This document shows, in pieces, positions 9,236 through 19,700 of a stretch of DNA of 64,000 bases. The stretch comes from Cenarchaeum sp. (GTDB lineage Archaea; Thermoproteota; Nitrososphaeria; Nitrososphaerales; Nitrosopumilaceae): assembly GCA_963693095.2 (NCBI GenBank), contig OY843768.1:224001-288000 (forward strand), in the 5' to 3' direction. The translations under genes were made by a program, and so were the position numbers. Under the pieces are notes generated by a model, which was not told the origin of the DNA, did not search any database, and saw nothing but the letters and a program-made list of their open reading frames with translations. How positions within the stretch are numbered: the stretch's first letter is position 1; every line of letters starts with the position of its first letter.

Positions 9236-9400
9236 CTATTCGTCAGGCGCATAGCCCCACGACTTTACTAGCTCCTTTTGGAACTGGTCTGCCTGCTTGG
9301 CGCCAAGCGCGCTTCCGCAGTTCTTGTGCGTGGGGACTACCACCATTCCGGCGAGCTTGAACTCGACTTCGTACATGTGGACCTTGGGGCACTCGCACAC
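9236..9400 (-). CDS. Small hypothetical protein (54 aa, GTG start)
   Basis: MCECPKVHMYEVEFKLAGMVVVPTHKNCG...; divergent AT-rich promoter at 9425-9437. Confidence 0.65.
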   Translation of the reverse strand: MCECPKVHMYEVEFKLAGMVVVPTHKNCGSALGAKQADQFQKELVKSWGYAPDE

Positions 9401-9455
9401 GATGCGCGCGCGCAGGGCAGCTCCATTAATATTTAATCGCCCCCACGCCTGCCTC

Positions 9456-10937
9456 ATGGTGGCCATGAATGCAGTCCTCCTCGCCTCACTGGCGGCGATC
9501 GCCTCGCTGGCCGCAGCCGCCTCGATCCCCGATGCGGCCGCACAGGCCCAGATCGGAGGCGTGAGCGTCGAGGGCGAGTGGTACGTCGGCGAGGGCCTCG
9601 GCGTCGGGGACTATTTCTCGTATAGCATGTGCCACACGGGATACAAGGAGTGCAAGGAGTTTCAAATTGACTTTTGGATAGAGGCCGACAGGCGCGTGAA
9701 CAACGAGAGCAAGTGGATAGCGCAGACTGTCGTGTATGACGGGACCAGGGTGTCAAAGGGCACGATGGAGCTCGGCAAGGTGGCGCCCGAGCCGACGGGC
9801 GGCTCGATCGACCTAGAGTACCGCAGCGCGTTCAAGTCATCAATCGTGTGGCTCTCGGCGTTTGCGACATCATATGGCGGCAGCGGCGGCGAGGGCCCAA
9901 AGAGGTTCGACGCGCCGGCGTGGGGCAAGATTGCCAACATTGGCGGCGAGCAGATACTCCCAAAGTCAGTGGAGCGAGTAAAGGTCAAGGGCGGCACGTT
10001 TGAAGAGTCAGTCATCGTGTCATGGCGGACCGGCGGCGCCGAGAGCAGGGTCTGGCTAGTCGACGAGTTTCCGTTCCCCGTAAAGGCGCACACGTGGGTT
10101 CACGTGTCCGAGGGAATACCGCCACAAGAGTACGCCTTTGAGCTCCTGGAATACGGCACAAGAGATTCCAACCCATATGCTGACGTTCTTGCAGTCGACG
10201 ATGCGGCAGCAGCCGAGTGGTGCCCCGAGACGCGTGAGCTTGTGCCAACAAAGCGCGCAACTGCAGGGGGCAAGTATCTCATCAACGTGCTCCACGGGCC
10301 AGAGATGCCCGTGGCCGGATGCGACATGACGCTCCTTGTCAGCTTTCACAGCAAGTATGACGAGACCGAGTTCCTAAACCAGGTCCAGTATGACATACTC
10401 GTGACTGACTCGTCTGACAGTGTAATTCACACGGTCTCTGAGGCCGAGGGTTCGAGAATTCTGTTCTCGGGCTCGGGCCAGACGCGCAACGACGAGACGT
10501 GGGTGCCTAACACGGCCGGCGAGTACACGTACGCCATAGTCATCCATGGCCTCGCCCCGCTCAACACGGTCACGCGCGCCGACGAGCTAGACGTGCTTCG
10601 CGTGCCGGTGACCGTGGTCGCCGCCGATCGCGGGCAGGTGCTGCCAGTCACGCCGCCGGCCGCCGCGGCGACGGTCCCGTCGTGGATAAAGCAGACGGCC
10701 GGATTCTGGGTTGACGGGCACACCGGCGATGCCGAGTTCGTCGCGGCGATCGAGTTCCTCATCTCCCGCGGCGTCATTGACGTCGGCCCGCAGGGCACGC
10801 CGGCGGGCAGCGGCGGGTCGGTCCCGTCGTGGATAAAGCAGACGGCCGGATTCTGGGTTGGCGGGCACACCGGCGATGCCGAGTTCGTCGCGGCGATCGA
10901 GTTCCTCGTGGGCCGTGGGGTCATCTCGGTCAGCTAG
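9456..10937 (+). CDS. Secreted/surface protein with two C-terminal thaumarchaeal PSWIK-x-TAGxW repeats
   Basis: Signal peptide; tandem VPSWIKQTAGFWVxGHTGDAEFVAAIEFL domains. Confidence 0.8.
   Translation: MVAMNAVLLASLAAIASLAAAASIPDAAAQAQIGGVSVEGEWYVGEGLGVGDYFSYSMCHTGYKECKEFQIDFWIEADRRVNNESKWIAQTVVYDGTRVSKGTMELGKVAPEPTGGSIDLEYRSAFKSSIVWLSAFATSYGGSGGEGPKRFDAPAWGKIANIGGEQILPKSVERVKVKGGTFEESVIVSWRTGGAESRVWLVDEFPFPVKAHTWVHVSEGIPPQEYAFELLEYGTRDSNPYADVLAVDDAAAAEWCPETRELVPTKRATAGGKYLINVLHGPEMPVAGCDMTLLVSFHSKYDETEFLNQVQYDILVTDSSDSVIHTVSEAEGSRILFSGSGQTRNDETWVPNTAGEYTYAIVIHGLAPLNTVTRADELDVLRVPVTVVAADRGQVLPVTPPAAAATVPSWIKQTAGFWVDGHTGDAEFVAAIEFLISRGVIDVGPQGTPAGSGGSVPSWIKQTAGFWVGGHTGDAEFVAAIEFLVGRGVISVS
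10672..10908 (+). repeat. Two near-identical ~90-bp direct repeats encoding the PSWIK domains
   Basis: CGGTCCCGTCGTGGATAAAGCAG...GAGTTCCTC at about 10672 and about 10819. Confidence 0.9.
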
Positions 10938-10992
10938 CGCACGCGCGTGCCCGCGCTATCCTTAAAATCAGGAGCCTGCGCGCGAGACGCCG

Positions 10993-11349
10993 ATGGTGAG
11001 CCTCTTTAGATACCCAAAGCGCAAGCTGCGCAAGCTGCTCAACGCCGGCGACTATGCCGAGGCGCTAGAGTACGGCAGGTCACTGGAGCCAAAGCACTCT
11101 GGCGATCCGGACTTCTTGTTCATCATGGGCAGCGCGCACTATGTGCTCGGTGATGCCAAGGAGTCAACGCGCTACTTTGAGCGGGCCATCGAGATAAACC
11201 CGTACGATGCCGACTCTATGCTGCTCCTTGCGCGACTCTGTGCGCACGCCGGCAATGCCGCTGAGGCGCGCCGGCTCTGCAAGCGCGTATTGGACGTGGA
11301 TGACGAGCGCGCCGATGCGCGCGAGCTCCTCGACGGCCTGCCCGAGTAG
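10993..11349 (+). CDS. TPR-repeat protein
   Basis: GSAHYVLGDAKESTRYFERAIEINP TPR pattern. Confidence 0.85.
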   Translation: MVSLFRYPKRKLRKLLNAGDYAEALEYGRSLEPKHSGDPDFLFIMGSAHYVLGDAKESTRYFERAIEINPYDADSMLLLARLCAHAGNAAEARRLCKRVLDVDDERADARELLDGLPE

Positions 11350-11352
11350 GGC

Positions 11353-11823
11353 CTACTCGCGCCCATAGACGTGGCGCATGAGCCACTCACAGTACGACGT
11401 CACAGCCGGCGTGAGCTCACACCAGACGTGGAGCGAGTGCGGTAGTATGTCGATTCGGCCACCGTCATGGAACACCTTGACGCCCTCCTTTCCCTCGTAC
11501 ATGTACGCGTCCTCGGTCCGCGCCCCGTGTATGTGCCGCACGGCCTCCTCCTTTACCTTTGCGCGCGGTATGGGAAAGCGCGTCCTCTCCCTGTCCACAA
11601 TTACGCTCAGGTCGCGCCTTCCGTACATAGAGTACTCGGAGATCTTGTCGCGTCCGGGAAAGTTGACGACTAGCCTCACGCCGTGCCTCTTGCCCACACC
11701 CTCGCCAATCTCGACGATTCGGGCGTATGCCATGGCCGGATTGCGCAAGAGCAGGAGGCGAACCTGCGCCATGTCCGAGGCGAGGGCGCGCTGCAGGTCT
11801 GTGGCCATGCCGGCAAATCCCAT
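11353..11823 (-). CDS. Hypothetical protein
   Basis: ORF ending AYMYEGKEGVKV...GRIDILPHSLHVWC; host-like codon usage. Confidence 0.7.
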   Translation of the reverse strand: MGFAGMATDLQRALASDMAQVRLLLLRNPAMAYARIVEIGEGVGKRHGVRLVVNFPGRDKISEYSMYGRRDLSVIVDRERTRFPIPRAKVKEEAVRHIHGARTEDAYMYEGKEGVKVFHDGGRIDILPHSLHVWCELTPAVTSYCEWLMRHVYGRE

Positions 11824-11901
11824 ACGCGCGCGCGTGCCGCACTGCCGAGTTATATTCATGGCGTAGTGTTTTTTATGTGCCCCGCGCACGCCGCAGCGCA
11901 G

Positions 11902-12543
11902 ATGGCGCTTCCTATGGCCGGTCAGGGCGGATATGGCGACGAGTTCTCCGAGCGCGCAAGCAGCCTAGAGGACTACAAGGTGACGTGCATACGGTTCGTG
12001 CGCGACATATCGACTGACTATCTTGCGTGGGTGGACCGCTATGCGCTAGAGTCCGCCGAGGACGCGCTCCGGCGCGAGGGCATAACGTCAGTTGTGGGCA
12101 GGGCCGATGAGTGGATATCGCGCGTTGCGCGCTCGATAAAGGGCGTCGACGTTGTCATGAACGACGCGATCCAAAAGATGGCCGAGGCCACTGCGGGCAG
12201 GCCGTTTCCCATAGACGTCACAGTCGGAGGACTCTCCGCATACACGCGCGCAAGGCCGGGTCCGGTGGACATACGCCTCAGGGCGAGTGCGCGAGACGGG
12301 CGCACGGCACTCCTGGGCCACCACTCGCGCGATGAGCGGTTTCGGATCGAGTCGACGTTTCCGGCCTCCATTGACGAGGGGGGCATCGAGGGGACGCCAG
12401 ATGCGGCAGACCTTGCGCTTCGCCTCGACGCGTCATCCTCGGCGCATGATGACGTCGTCTCCTTTACCGTCATTGTGCGAGAGACTGACGGCAATGTCGA
12501 GACAGAGAGGCGCGGCGTGAGCACCATAGTCCATATCAGCTAG
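11902..12543 (+). CDS. Hypothetical protein
   Basis: ORF from ATG 11902 downstream of a TTTTTAT box. Confidence 0.65.
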   Translation: MALPMAGQGGYGDEFSERASSLEDYKVTCIRFVRDISTDYLAWVDRYALESAEDALRREGITSVVGRADEWISRVARSIKGVDVVMNDAIQKMAEATAGRPFPIDVTVGGLSAYTRARPGPVDIRLRASARDGRTALLGHHSRDERFRIESTFPASIDEGGIEGTPDAADLALRLDASSSAHDDVVSFTVIVRETDGNVETERRGVSTIVHIS

Positions 12544-12625
12544 TGCGGCCACGCGCCGGTCAAGTAATTTTGCGCACAAGGCTGAAAACAATAACACTCT
12601 TGCTCATAAGCGCACATTCGGATGC

Positions 12626-13084
12626 GTGCGCATGGCAGCAAGGCTGGCAGGCATGCCCAAGAACGTGACGACCACGCGTGACTTTACCGGACGCCGCGTC
12701 GTTGACAGGGAGGGCATCGAGTACGGGCGCGTCAGGCGCGTCCACATCGACGAGGACACGCTCGGCGTGGCCGGCATGACGGTCAGCTATGGATTTCTCA
12801 AAAAATACTATCTCCCGCGCTCTAGCGTGTCGCGGATCACAGACGAGAGCGTCCTTCTCACGACCCCGCCGATCCGCACCGGAGTCAGGGTCGATGATGT
12901 CGACGGCCACAAGATTGGCCGCGTGCGCCGCGTCAACCGCAACACCGAGACTGGTGATGTCGAGTCGATCCTGGTGTCACATGGCATGTTTAGATCAAAG
13001 GTAGTATCGCTTGCCTCGATATGGGGCGTCGGCAAGGCCGTCACGCTAAAGATGACGCGCTCCGAGTTCGCCTCGCGCTCCTAG
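12626..13084 (+). CDS. Tandem PRC-barrel domain protein (start may be 12653)
   Basis: Two GxxVxDxxGxxxGRVxxV PRC-barrel motifs. Confidence 0.8.
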   Translation: MRMAARLAGMPKNVTTTRDFTGRRVVDREGIEYGRVRRVHIDEDTLGVAGMTVSYGFLKKYYLPRSSVSRITDESVLLTTPPIRTGVRVDDVDGHKIGRVRRVNRNTETGDVESILVSHGMFRSKVVSLASIWGVGKAVTLKMTRSEFASRS

Positions 13085-13238
13085 CGCTCCCTTGCCCTTG
13101 CCTCTAGGCACGTGCGGCATATGGTCATCGCGCCATCCATGGTGACCTCGACGTTTGAGGCAAGGCACTTGTCGCACAGGCCCTTCATGGGCGCGCGCGC
13201 GACCCTGCTGCGATAAAACGGTTTGTGGGGGCGCCCCG

Positions 13239-13566
13239 GTATGGGGTCAGCACCCCTCGGCTCATTTGGTCAAATAGGCGCGATCCTACCGATCCATTTG
13301 CCGCGGGGGGCGTGGCCAGGCTCCGCCGCACCGCGCCGCAGATGTTCGCGTTCTGCGAGCACGCCGGCGTCGCGCCCACGAACAACGCCGCCGAGAGGGA
13401 GCTGCGCGACGTGGTTGTGCGCCGCAAGGTGAGCGGCCAGCTCAAGGGGGGCGCGCCGGCTGCCAGGCGCATGTCTATCCTCCTGACGTGCTTCCTGACG
13501 TGGAGGGCCATTGGGAAGAGTGTGGTGGCCGAGGTCATGCGTGCGGTCTAGGTGCTGACCTCATAC
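13239..13566 (+). mobile_element. Internally deleted IS66-family element
   Basis: Ends GTATGGGGTCAGCACC / GGTGCTGACCTCATAC (GTA...TAC termini); encloses a transposase tail with PTNNAAERELR. Confidence 0.85.
13300..13551 (+). pseudogene. IS66 transposase C-terminal fragment
   Basis: MFAFCEHAGVAPTNNAAERELRDVVVRRKVSG. Confidence 0.85.
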
Positions 13567-13615
13567 CGCCATGCCCACGATATATTTATAAAAGCGGCAA
13601 GTCCCCAGGCTACTG

Positions 13616-13711
13616 ATGAGCGAGAGTGAGGCTGATGACAAGGTCAAGCCTACCAAGTCAAAGAAAAAGTACGAGGTTCCAGAATTTGGCGGCCTCATAC
13701 GCGACAATTGA
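13616..13711 (+). CDS. 31-aa charged micro-peptide
   Basis: MSESEADDKVKPTKSKKKYEVPEFGGLIRDN directly downstream of a strong TATATTTATAAAA box at 13581-13593. Confidence 0.45.
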   Translation: MSESEADDKVKPTKSKKKYEVPEFGGLIRDN

Positions 13712-13747
13712 GTCGGGATTTCCGCGGGGCGCTCCGGAGGTGCCCAG

Positions 13748-14317
13748 TTGAACTCCAGGAACGCCTATCATGAGCTAAGGGAGCAGATTCGCGACCACGA
13801 CACGGTTTTGGGTTATCAGAAGGCAAGGGCACGGGCGCTGCTCGGAGCCAGCGCCGTGCTTCTCGGGATTATGGGCATCAGCCTAGGCAACTTTGCCGGA
13901 TTTGTCCTTGGGAATTATGGTGTTGTGGGAGAGGCTGGAATGTTCCCAATTTATGCAATAGTCACCACAATTATGCTCGGCATGGCGGGACTTGCGGGGG
14001 CGATGATATCGATGATCTTTTCTGCGCGTGCGCTAGCTGTATCATACACACACCAGCCCATGGCGTCTGAAAATTTTGGAACAGGCGGCAACGTGGACGA
14101 CAAGATTTTAGATCGCGTGATGGAGGCGCCCGATCATTATGTATACGTGAGCCTAATCAAGTCTTGCATCAGGGCACTGCACAGCCGTGAGCAAAACATA
14201 GCCAGAGTCGGGGCGCGCTCGGCGGTGGCACAACTGAGCCTCCTGTCCGGACTGATGCTTGCCGGCATTGGCGCCATAGTTGCGCTCTCTGTGATTGCTC
14301 TGGCGTTCCTGCTCTAG
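13748..14317 (+). CDS. Three-TM membrane protein (cargo, lower GC)
   Basis: N-terminal helix ending QKARARALL, two TM segments, a soluble loop and a C-terminal TM. Confidence 0.7.
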   Translation: MNSRNAYHELREQIRDHDTVLGYQKARARALLGASAVLLGIMGISLGNFAGFVLGNYGVVGEAGMFPIYAIVTTIMLGMAGLAGAMISMIFSARALAVSYTHQPMASENFGTGGNVDDKILDRVMEAPDHYVYVSLIKSCIRALHSREQNIARVGARSAVAQLSLLSGLMLAGIGAIVALSVIALAFLL

Positions 14318-14537
14318 GGAGCCCCGCGGGATCCGCGACCGCCGACCTTGCCGTCTCGTCACGTCTGTTCACCTGTGACCACCCAGTCCGTGGCAGTCAT
14401 GCCGTGCGAGCGTGCCACGACCGCCTCGGACACAGGATCGCTCCCCGCAGCCATCGCCCAATCGTTCTGCGCGCATTTCAGGCCGACTCTCAGGAAGCCA
14501 TTTTGGTCCCGGCCTCGCGCAGGTGACCAACCACCGG

Positions 14538-14650
14538 CTATGAGGTCAGCACCCTCCTGCTCATTTGGCCAAATAGGCGTGATCCTGTCGATCTACGTGC
14601 CGCTTCGGCACCTGTCTAGGCATGAACGGGCAGAGGTGCTGACCTCATAC
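14538..14650 (+). mobile_element. 113-bp IS66-derived MITE
   Basis: TATGAGGTCAGCACC...GGTGCTGACCTCATA perfect 15-bp inverted termini, same ends as the 13239 element. Confidence 0.88.
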
Positions 14651-14831
14651 GGCGCCCTGCAGTCGCGTGTGGGCTCACCGGCCGGTGGGGTCACGCCATC
14701 AGGCGATTCGAACCACGTGGCCTTGCAGGGCTGTCTCGGGGCACGAGGGGAACCCTTGGGGAGTCTAGGGCACATGTTAGACTGCCGATGAGCACAATCG
14801 GTTTATAATCACGCAATGCGCGCGCACGCCC

Positions 14832-15827
14832 GTGCTGGCAATTCAGACAGAGTCGCTCGTAAAGACGTACGGCAGCTCCAATGCCGTCGACAACATCAGC
14901 ATAGGCGTCGAGGAGGGCGAGATATTTGGCTTTCTGGGCACAAACGGGGCCGGCAAGTCGACTACGATGATGATCCTCACGACGCTCCTAAAGCCCACAT
15001 CGGGCCGCGCAAGCGTCGTGGGCCATGACGTTGTGGACAGCCCAAAGGAGGTCCGGCGCAACATCGGCTATGTGCAGCAGGACACGGCAGTCGACGAGTT
15101 CCTCACGGGCCGCGACAACCTTGTCCTGCAGGCCCGCCTCAACCGCCTGCCGGCTGACGTGCGCAACTCGCGCATAGACGAGATACTAGAGATGATCGAG
15201 CTCGGCGAGCGCGCCGATGACGCGACGGTAAAGTATTCTGGCGGCATGAGAAAGCGCCTCGACATAGCCGGCGGCCTCCTCCACATGCCGCGTGTCCTCT
15301 TTCTTGACGAGCCGACTGTGGGCCTTGACATACAGACGCGGCGCAAGATATGGGAGTACATCAAGCGCGTCCATGACGAGTATGGCATGACGATATTCCT
15401 GACGACGCACTATATGGAGGAGGCCGACAGCCTGTGCGACAGGGTCGGCATAATCGACCGCGGGCGCATAAGGACGGTGGACTCGCCGTCGTCACTAAAG
15501 TCTGCCATGGGCAGCGAGGTCATCACGATGCGCGTCGAGGGCAACGCCGAGGCGCTCGTCTCCTCGATACACGCGCTGCCCGGCATACGCGAGATGTCGC
15601 GCGACGGCGAGGAGATCACCGTCTACACGTATGACGGGACATCGGTAATACCAAAGATATTTCGCGAGTCAGCTGACGTTGGCGCGAGGATTGGATCAAT
15701 ATCGCTAAAGCAGCCGACGCTCGATGACGTGTTCATATCATATACCGGCCACGAGCTGCGCGACGGCGAGGAGGCCGGCTTTGACAGAAAAAAGGCGTAC
15801 AGAAAGACGCGGGAGCTGCGCACATAA
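14832..15827 (+). CDS. ABC-2/DrrA-type exporter ATP-binding protein
   Basis: GTNGAGKST, YSGGM, LFLDEPT and TTH motifs. Confidence 0.93.
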   Translation: MLAIQTESLVKTYGSSNAVDNISIGVEEGEIFGFLGTNGAGKSTTMMILTTLLKPTSGRASVVGHDVVDSPKEVRRNIGYVQQDTAVDEFLTGRDNLVLQARLNRLPADVRNSRIDEILEMIELGERADDATVKYSGGMRKRLDIAGGLLHMPRVLFLDEPTVGLDIQTRRKIWEYIKRVHDEYGMTIFLTTHYMEEADSLCDRVGIIDRGRIRTVDSPSSLKSAMGSEVITMRVEGNAEALVSSIHALPGIREMSRDGEEITVYTYDGTSVIPKIFRESADVGARIGSISLKQPTLDDVFISYTGHELRDGEEAGFDRKKAYRKTRELRT

Positions 15828-16627
15828 TGGGGGGCACTAGTGCGCTCATGCCGCATATCGTCCATGACACGTATACGGTGTTCTGGCGCGAGCTAAAGCG
15901 GTACCGCAAGTCGCGCAGCGGCATACTCATCAGGATGATTCAGCCGGCGATATGGATCATCGTTATCGGCAACACGTTTGCCGGCACGCAGCCGCTCATC
16001 GAGTCAGTCGGCTTTGACGGCAAGTACATCGACTTTATGGCACCGGGCGTCATAATCCTCACTGCCATATTCACGAGCATCTTTGGCGGCGTCAACACGC
16101 TCTGGGACCGACGCTATGGGTTTATGGCCAAGACGATAACGTCGCCGATCTCGCGCTCGGCCATAGCGCTCGGCAAGATGGGCGCCATATCGCTCGTCGC
16201 CGCAATGCAGGCCGGCATCATACTTGCGATCGCCCTCCTCATCGGCGTTGACATGGACCTCTTTGCGGTAATGCCAATCATGGCCATAGTCATCCTCTTT
16301 TCACTGGGCTTTTCGGGCATATCGGTGAGCGTCGCGGCCCTGGCAAAGTCGCAAGAGACGTTCTGGGGACTCATCAACTTTTTGGGAATGCCGCTCTTTA
16401 TGCTCAGCCCAGCGCTCTTTCCGCTCGAGCTCCTCCCCGACTGGCTTGCTGCCGCAGCCAGCGTGAATCCCGTGACGTATGCGATACTCATCGTGCGCGG
16501 CCTCATGTCCGGCACGCTCGATGCGGCCACGGCGATCCTTGCCATGGGCGTCATCTCGGCCTTTGTCGCCATCATGGTCGGCGTGACGACGTACGTCTTT
16601 ATGCGCGAGGTCAGCAGGCCGTTCTAG
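15827..16627 (+). CDS. ABC-2 type permease
   Basis: Six TM segments, FMAPG...DRRYG and NPVTY motifs. Confidence 0.92.
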   Translation: MGGTSALMPHIVHDTYTVFWRELKRYRKSRSGILIRMIQPAIWIIVIGNTFAGTQPLIESVGFDGKYIDFMAPGVIILTAIFTSIFGGVNTLWDRRYGFMAKTITSPISRSAIALGKMGAISLVAAMQAGIILAIALLIGVDMDLFAVMPIMAIVILFSLGFSGISVSVAALAKSQETFWGLINFLGMPLFMLSPALFPLELLPDWLAAAASVNPVTYAILIVRGLMSGTLDAATAILAMGVISAFVAIMVGVTTYVFMREVSRPF

Positions 16628-16731
16628 TGGCCGGCGCGTGCCGGCACCGCCACTCCGAGTTGGTCAATTTGACCCAATCGGCAACAAATAATGACGCACG
16701 TGCCCATTTTTGGCCTCCGAGACCCACGCCT

Positions 16732-19700
16732 ATGGGAGCCCCCACACTCGCAGCAGTGGCACTCGTCGCCCTCGCGGCGCTATACGCGGTGCCTGCGGCA
16801 GCCGAGGGGCCGGCCCACGAGTTCATCACGTCATGGGGCTCCCTTGGGGCCTCCGGCGAGGGCAGGTTTAGCGGCCCGACGGGCATCGCCTCTGACCACG
16901 AGGGCAGCGTCTATGTGACTGACACGGGCAACGGCCGCATCCAAAAGTTCAACAACTCGGGGGGCTTTGTGGCCGAGTGGAGCGCCATGGGCAACTCGAC
17001 AGAGTCACTCTCCTCGCCCATGGGCATTGCGGTTCTCGACAACAGGGTCTATGTCATTGACAGCATTCTCGAGTCAGTCGTCGTGTACGACCTTGATGGC
17101 GCCTATGTCTCGACATGGGGATCGCACGGGGGCGATGCGGGTGAGTTTTTGCAGCCGCGCGGGATAGCCGCCGGAGGCGGAAAGGTCTATGTTGCTGACA
17201 CGGGCAACTCGCGTGTCCAGGCGTTTAGCGCAGCGGGGGATCACATATCCACGTTTGGCACGGACAGGGACGAGGCGGCACACCTCCGGTCACCGGTGGG
17301 CATTGCAGTCGCCAATGACGCAAGCGTGTTTATCGTTGATCCGGGCAAGATGTCACTCTTTCACTATGGCGTTGACGGGGAGCTACTCGATGTCTTTGAC
17401 GGCACGGTGGCCGGCAAGTCATTGCGCGCCAGGGGCATGACAGTCGACTCTGATGGCAAGCTCTATGTGGCCGATGCCCGAAACGACCGCGTTCTGCGCC
17501 TCGAGCCTGGCGGCCTGACGCTCTCGGCATGGGGGGATGCCGGTGCAGGCGCGTACAAGTACCTGATGCCGACTGATGTCACCGTTGACATATACGGGCA
17601 GCTCTTTGTCGTGGACTCGGGCGGGCACTCGATAAAGAAATACTCCACACCGCTTGCGCTAGATGACTCTGAGCGCATCGCCGCGCACGAGGAGGCCGCC
17701 AGGCAGTTTAGGGTATCACAGGGCCTAGAGGAGCCCGAGCAGGCCGCCGAGCCCGCACAAGAGCCGGCGCCACCGGCGGCTCGACCCGCGCCACCGCCGG
17801 CGCAGCCGCCAGCACAGCCCGCACCGACGGCGCCAGTCGCGCGCTCTGCCCCGCCGGCGACGCCACAGGCAGCGCAGCCTGCCCCCGTCGCGACGGCGCA
17901 GCCGCAGGTTCAGCAGCAGCCCATGGCCACGGCCCAGCCCGCGCGCGTCGTGGCAGTGCCCGGCGACCTCACAAAGCCGACGATATACGCCCCGCATGAC
18001 ATCACGGCCGAGGCCTCCGGCCCGCTCACGAGGATAAACGTCGGAATGGCCACTGCGAGCGACGAGAGCGGCATACGCTCGATCACGAGCAACGCGCCCT
18101 CCGAGTTCTCGCTGGGCACGAGCCTGGTGATCTGGACGGCCATAGACGGTGCGGGCAACCTGGCAATCGCAAGGCAGGAGGTCACCGTCTCGGACACGAC
18201 GCCGCCGGTCATGGCAGGCGTGGCTGACATCTCCGTTGAGGCCGTCAGCCCTGACCGCAACTATATCGAGATTCGCGCCCCCGTTGCCACCGACGCAGTC
18301 GGCGTGCTCGACGTCTCCTCTGATGCGCCAGACCACTATCCGGTCGGGCAGACGACGATCACGTGGACGGCCCGCGACATCTCGGGCAACACGGCATCAG
18401 CCGCGCAGGTCGTGAGCGTCCTGGACACGTCGGCCCCGCAGATCGTCGCGCCGCCAGAGATCACCGCCGAGGCGACAAGCCTGGATGCGACAGCGGTCTT
18501 TCTGGGTGACGCAAGCGTGGTCGACAATGGCCGCATAGTCTCAGTCACGAATGACGCGCCACCGTCATTTGCGCTTGGCAACACGACTGTCATGTGGACC
18601 GCGACTGACTCGTCGGGAAACCGCTCGCATGATGCGCAGGCTGTGACCATAGTCGACACGACACCGCCGGAGATCATCGTTCGCGAGGGAACCGTGGTGG
18701 AGGCCGAGTCAGCCGACTCTAACACCGTGGACCTCGAGGAGCCTGAGGTCAGCGATGTCCAGCGCGTGAGGCTCACAAGCGACGCGCCAGACACATTTGC
18801 CCTCGGCGAGACGACAGTCACGTGGACGGCGACGGACCCCTCGGGCAACACGTCGACTTCTGCACAGCTAGTCACGGTGGCTGACACGACACCGCCGACC
18901 ATCGACATCACGCGCACAATCACCGCTGAGGCCAGCAGGTCTGAGGGCAACACCGTCAGCCTCGGCGAGGTTGCAGTCACTGACGTGAGCGAGATTGCGG
19001 GACTTGCCAATGACGCGCCCGAGTCATACGCGCTAGGCGAGACGACAGTCACGTGGAACGCCACGGACATACACGGCAACACGGCCACAGCAGAACAGAC
19101 AGTGATCCTAGTCGACACGGTCTCCCCGTCGATCTTTGCGCCAGCTGACGTGACGGCCGAGTATGCCGGCGAGGCCGGAAACAGCGTAAACGTCGGCAGT
19201 CCGGTCGCCGCAGACCGCGTGGGCGTCGCCTCGGTGTCAAGCGACGCGCCAGACACATTTGCCCTCGGCGAGACGACAGTCACGTGGACCGCGACGGACA
19301 CGTCAGGCAACGAGTCGACTGCATTGCAGACAATCACAATAGTGGACACGCTGGCCCCTGCCATACGCCCGCCGCCAGACGTGAGCGCCGAGGCCACTGC
19401 AGAGTCCGGCACGGCCGTTGAGGTGGGCCGGGCCACTGCCGCAGACGAGTCCGGCGAGGTCACAGTCACAAGCGACGCGCCTGCGCTCTTTGGGCTCGGA
19501 ACCACGACAGTCACGTGGACGGCGACTGACACGTCAGGCAACACGATGAACGCGACGCAGAGGGTGAGCGTGACTGACACGATCGCCCCAGAGATAAGCG
19601 CACCTGCGGACATACGTGCAGAGGCTGACTCGGAGGACGCAAACACCGTGGATCTCGGCACGGCCCGCGCAACTGACGCCGCAGGCGGCGTCACGGTGAC

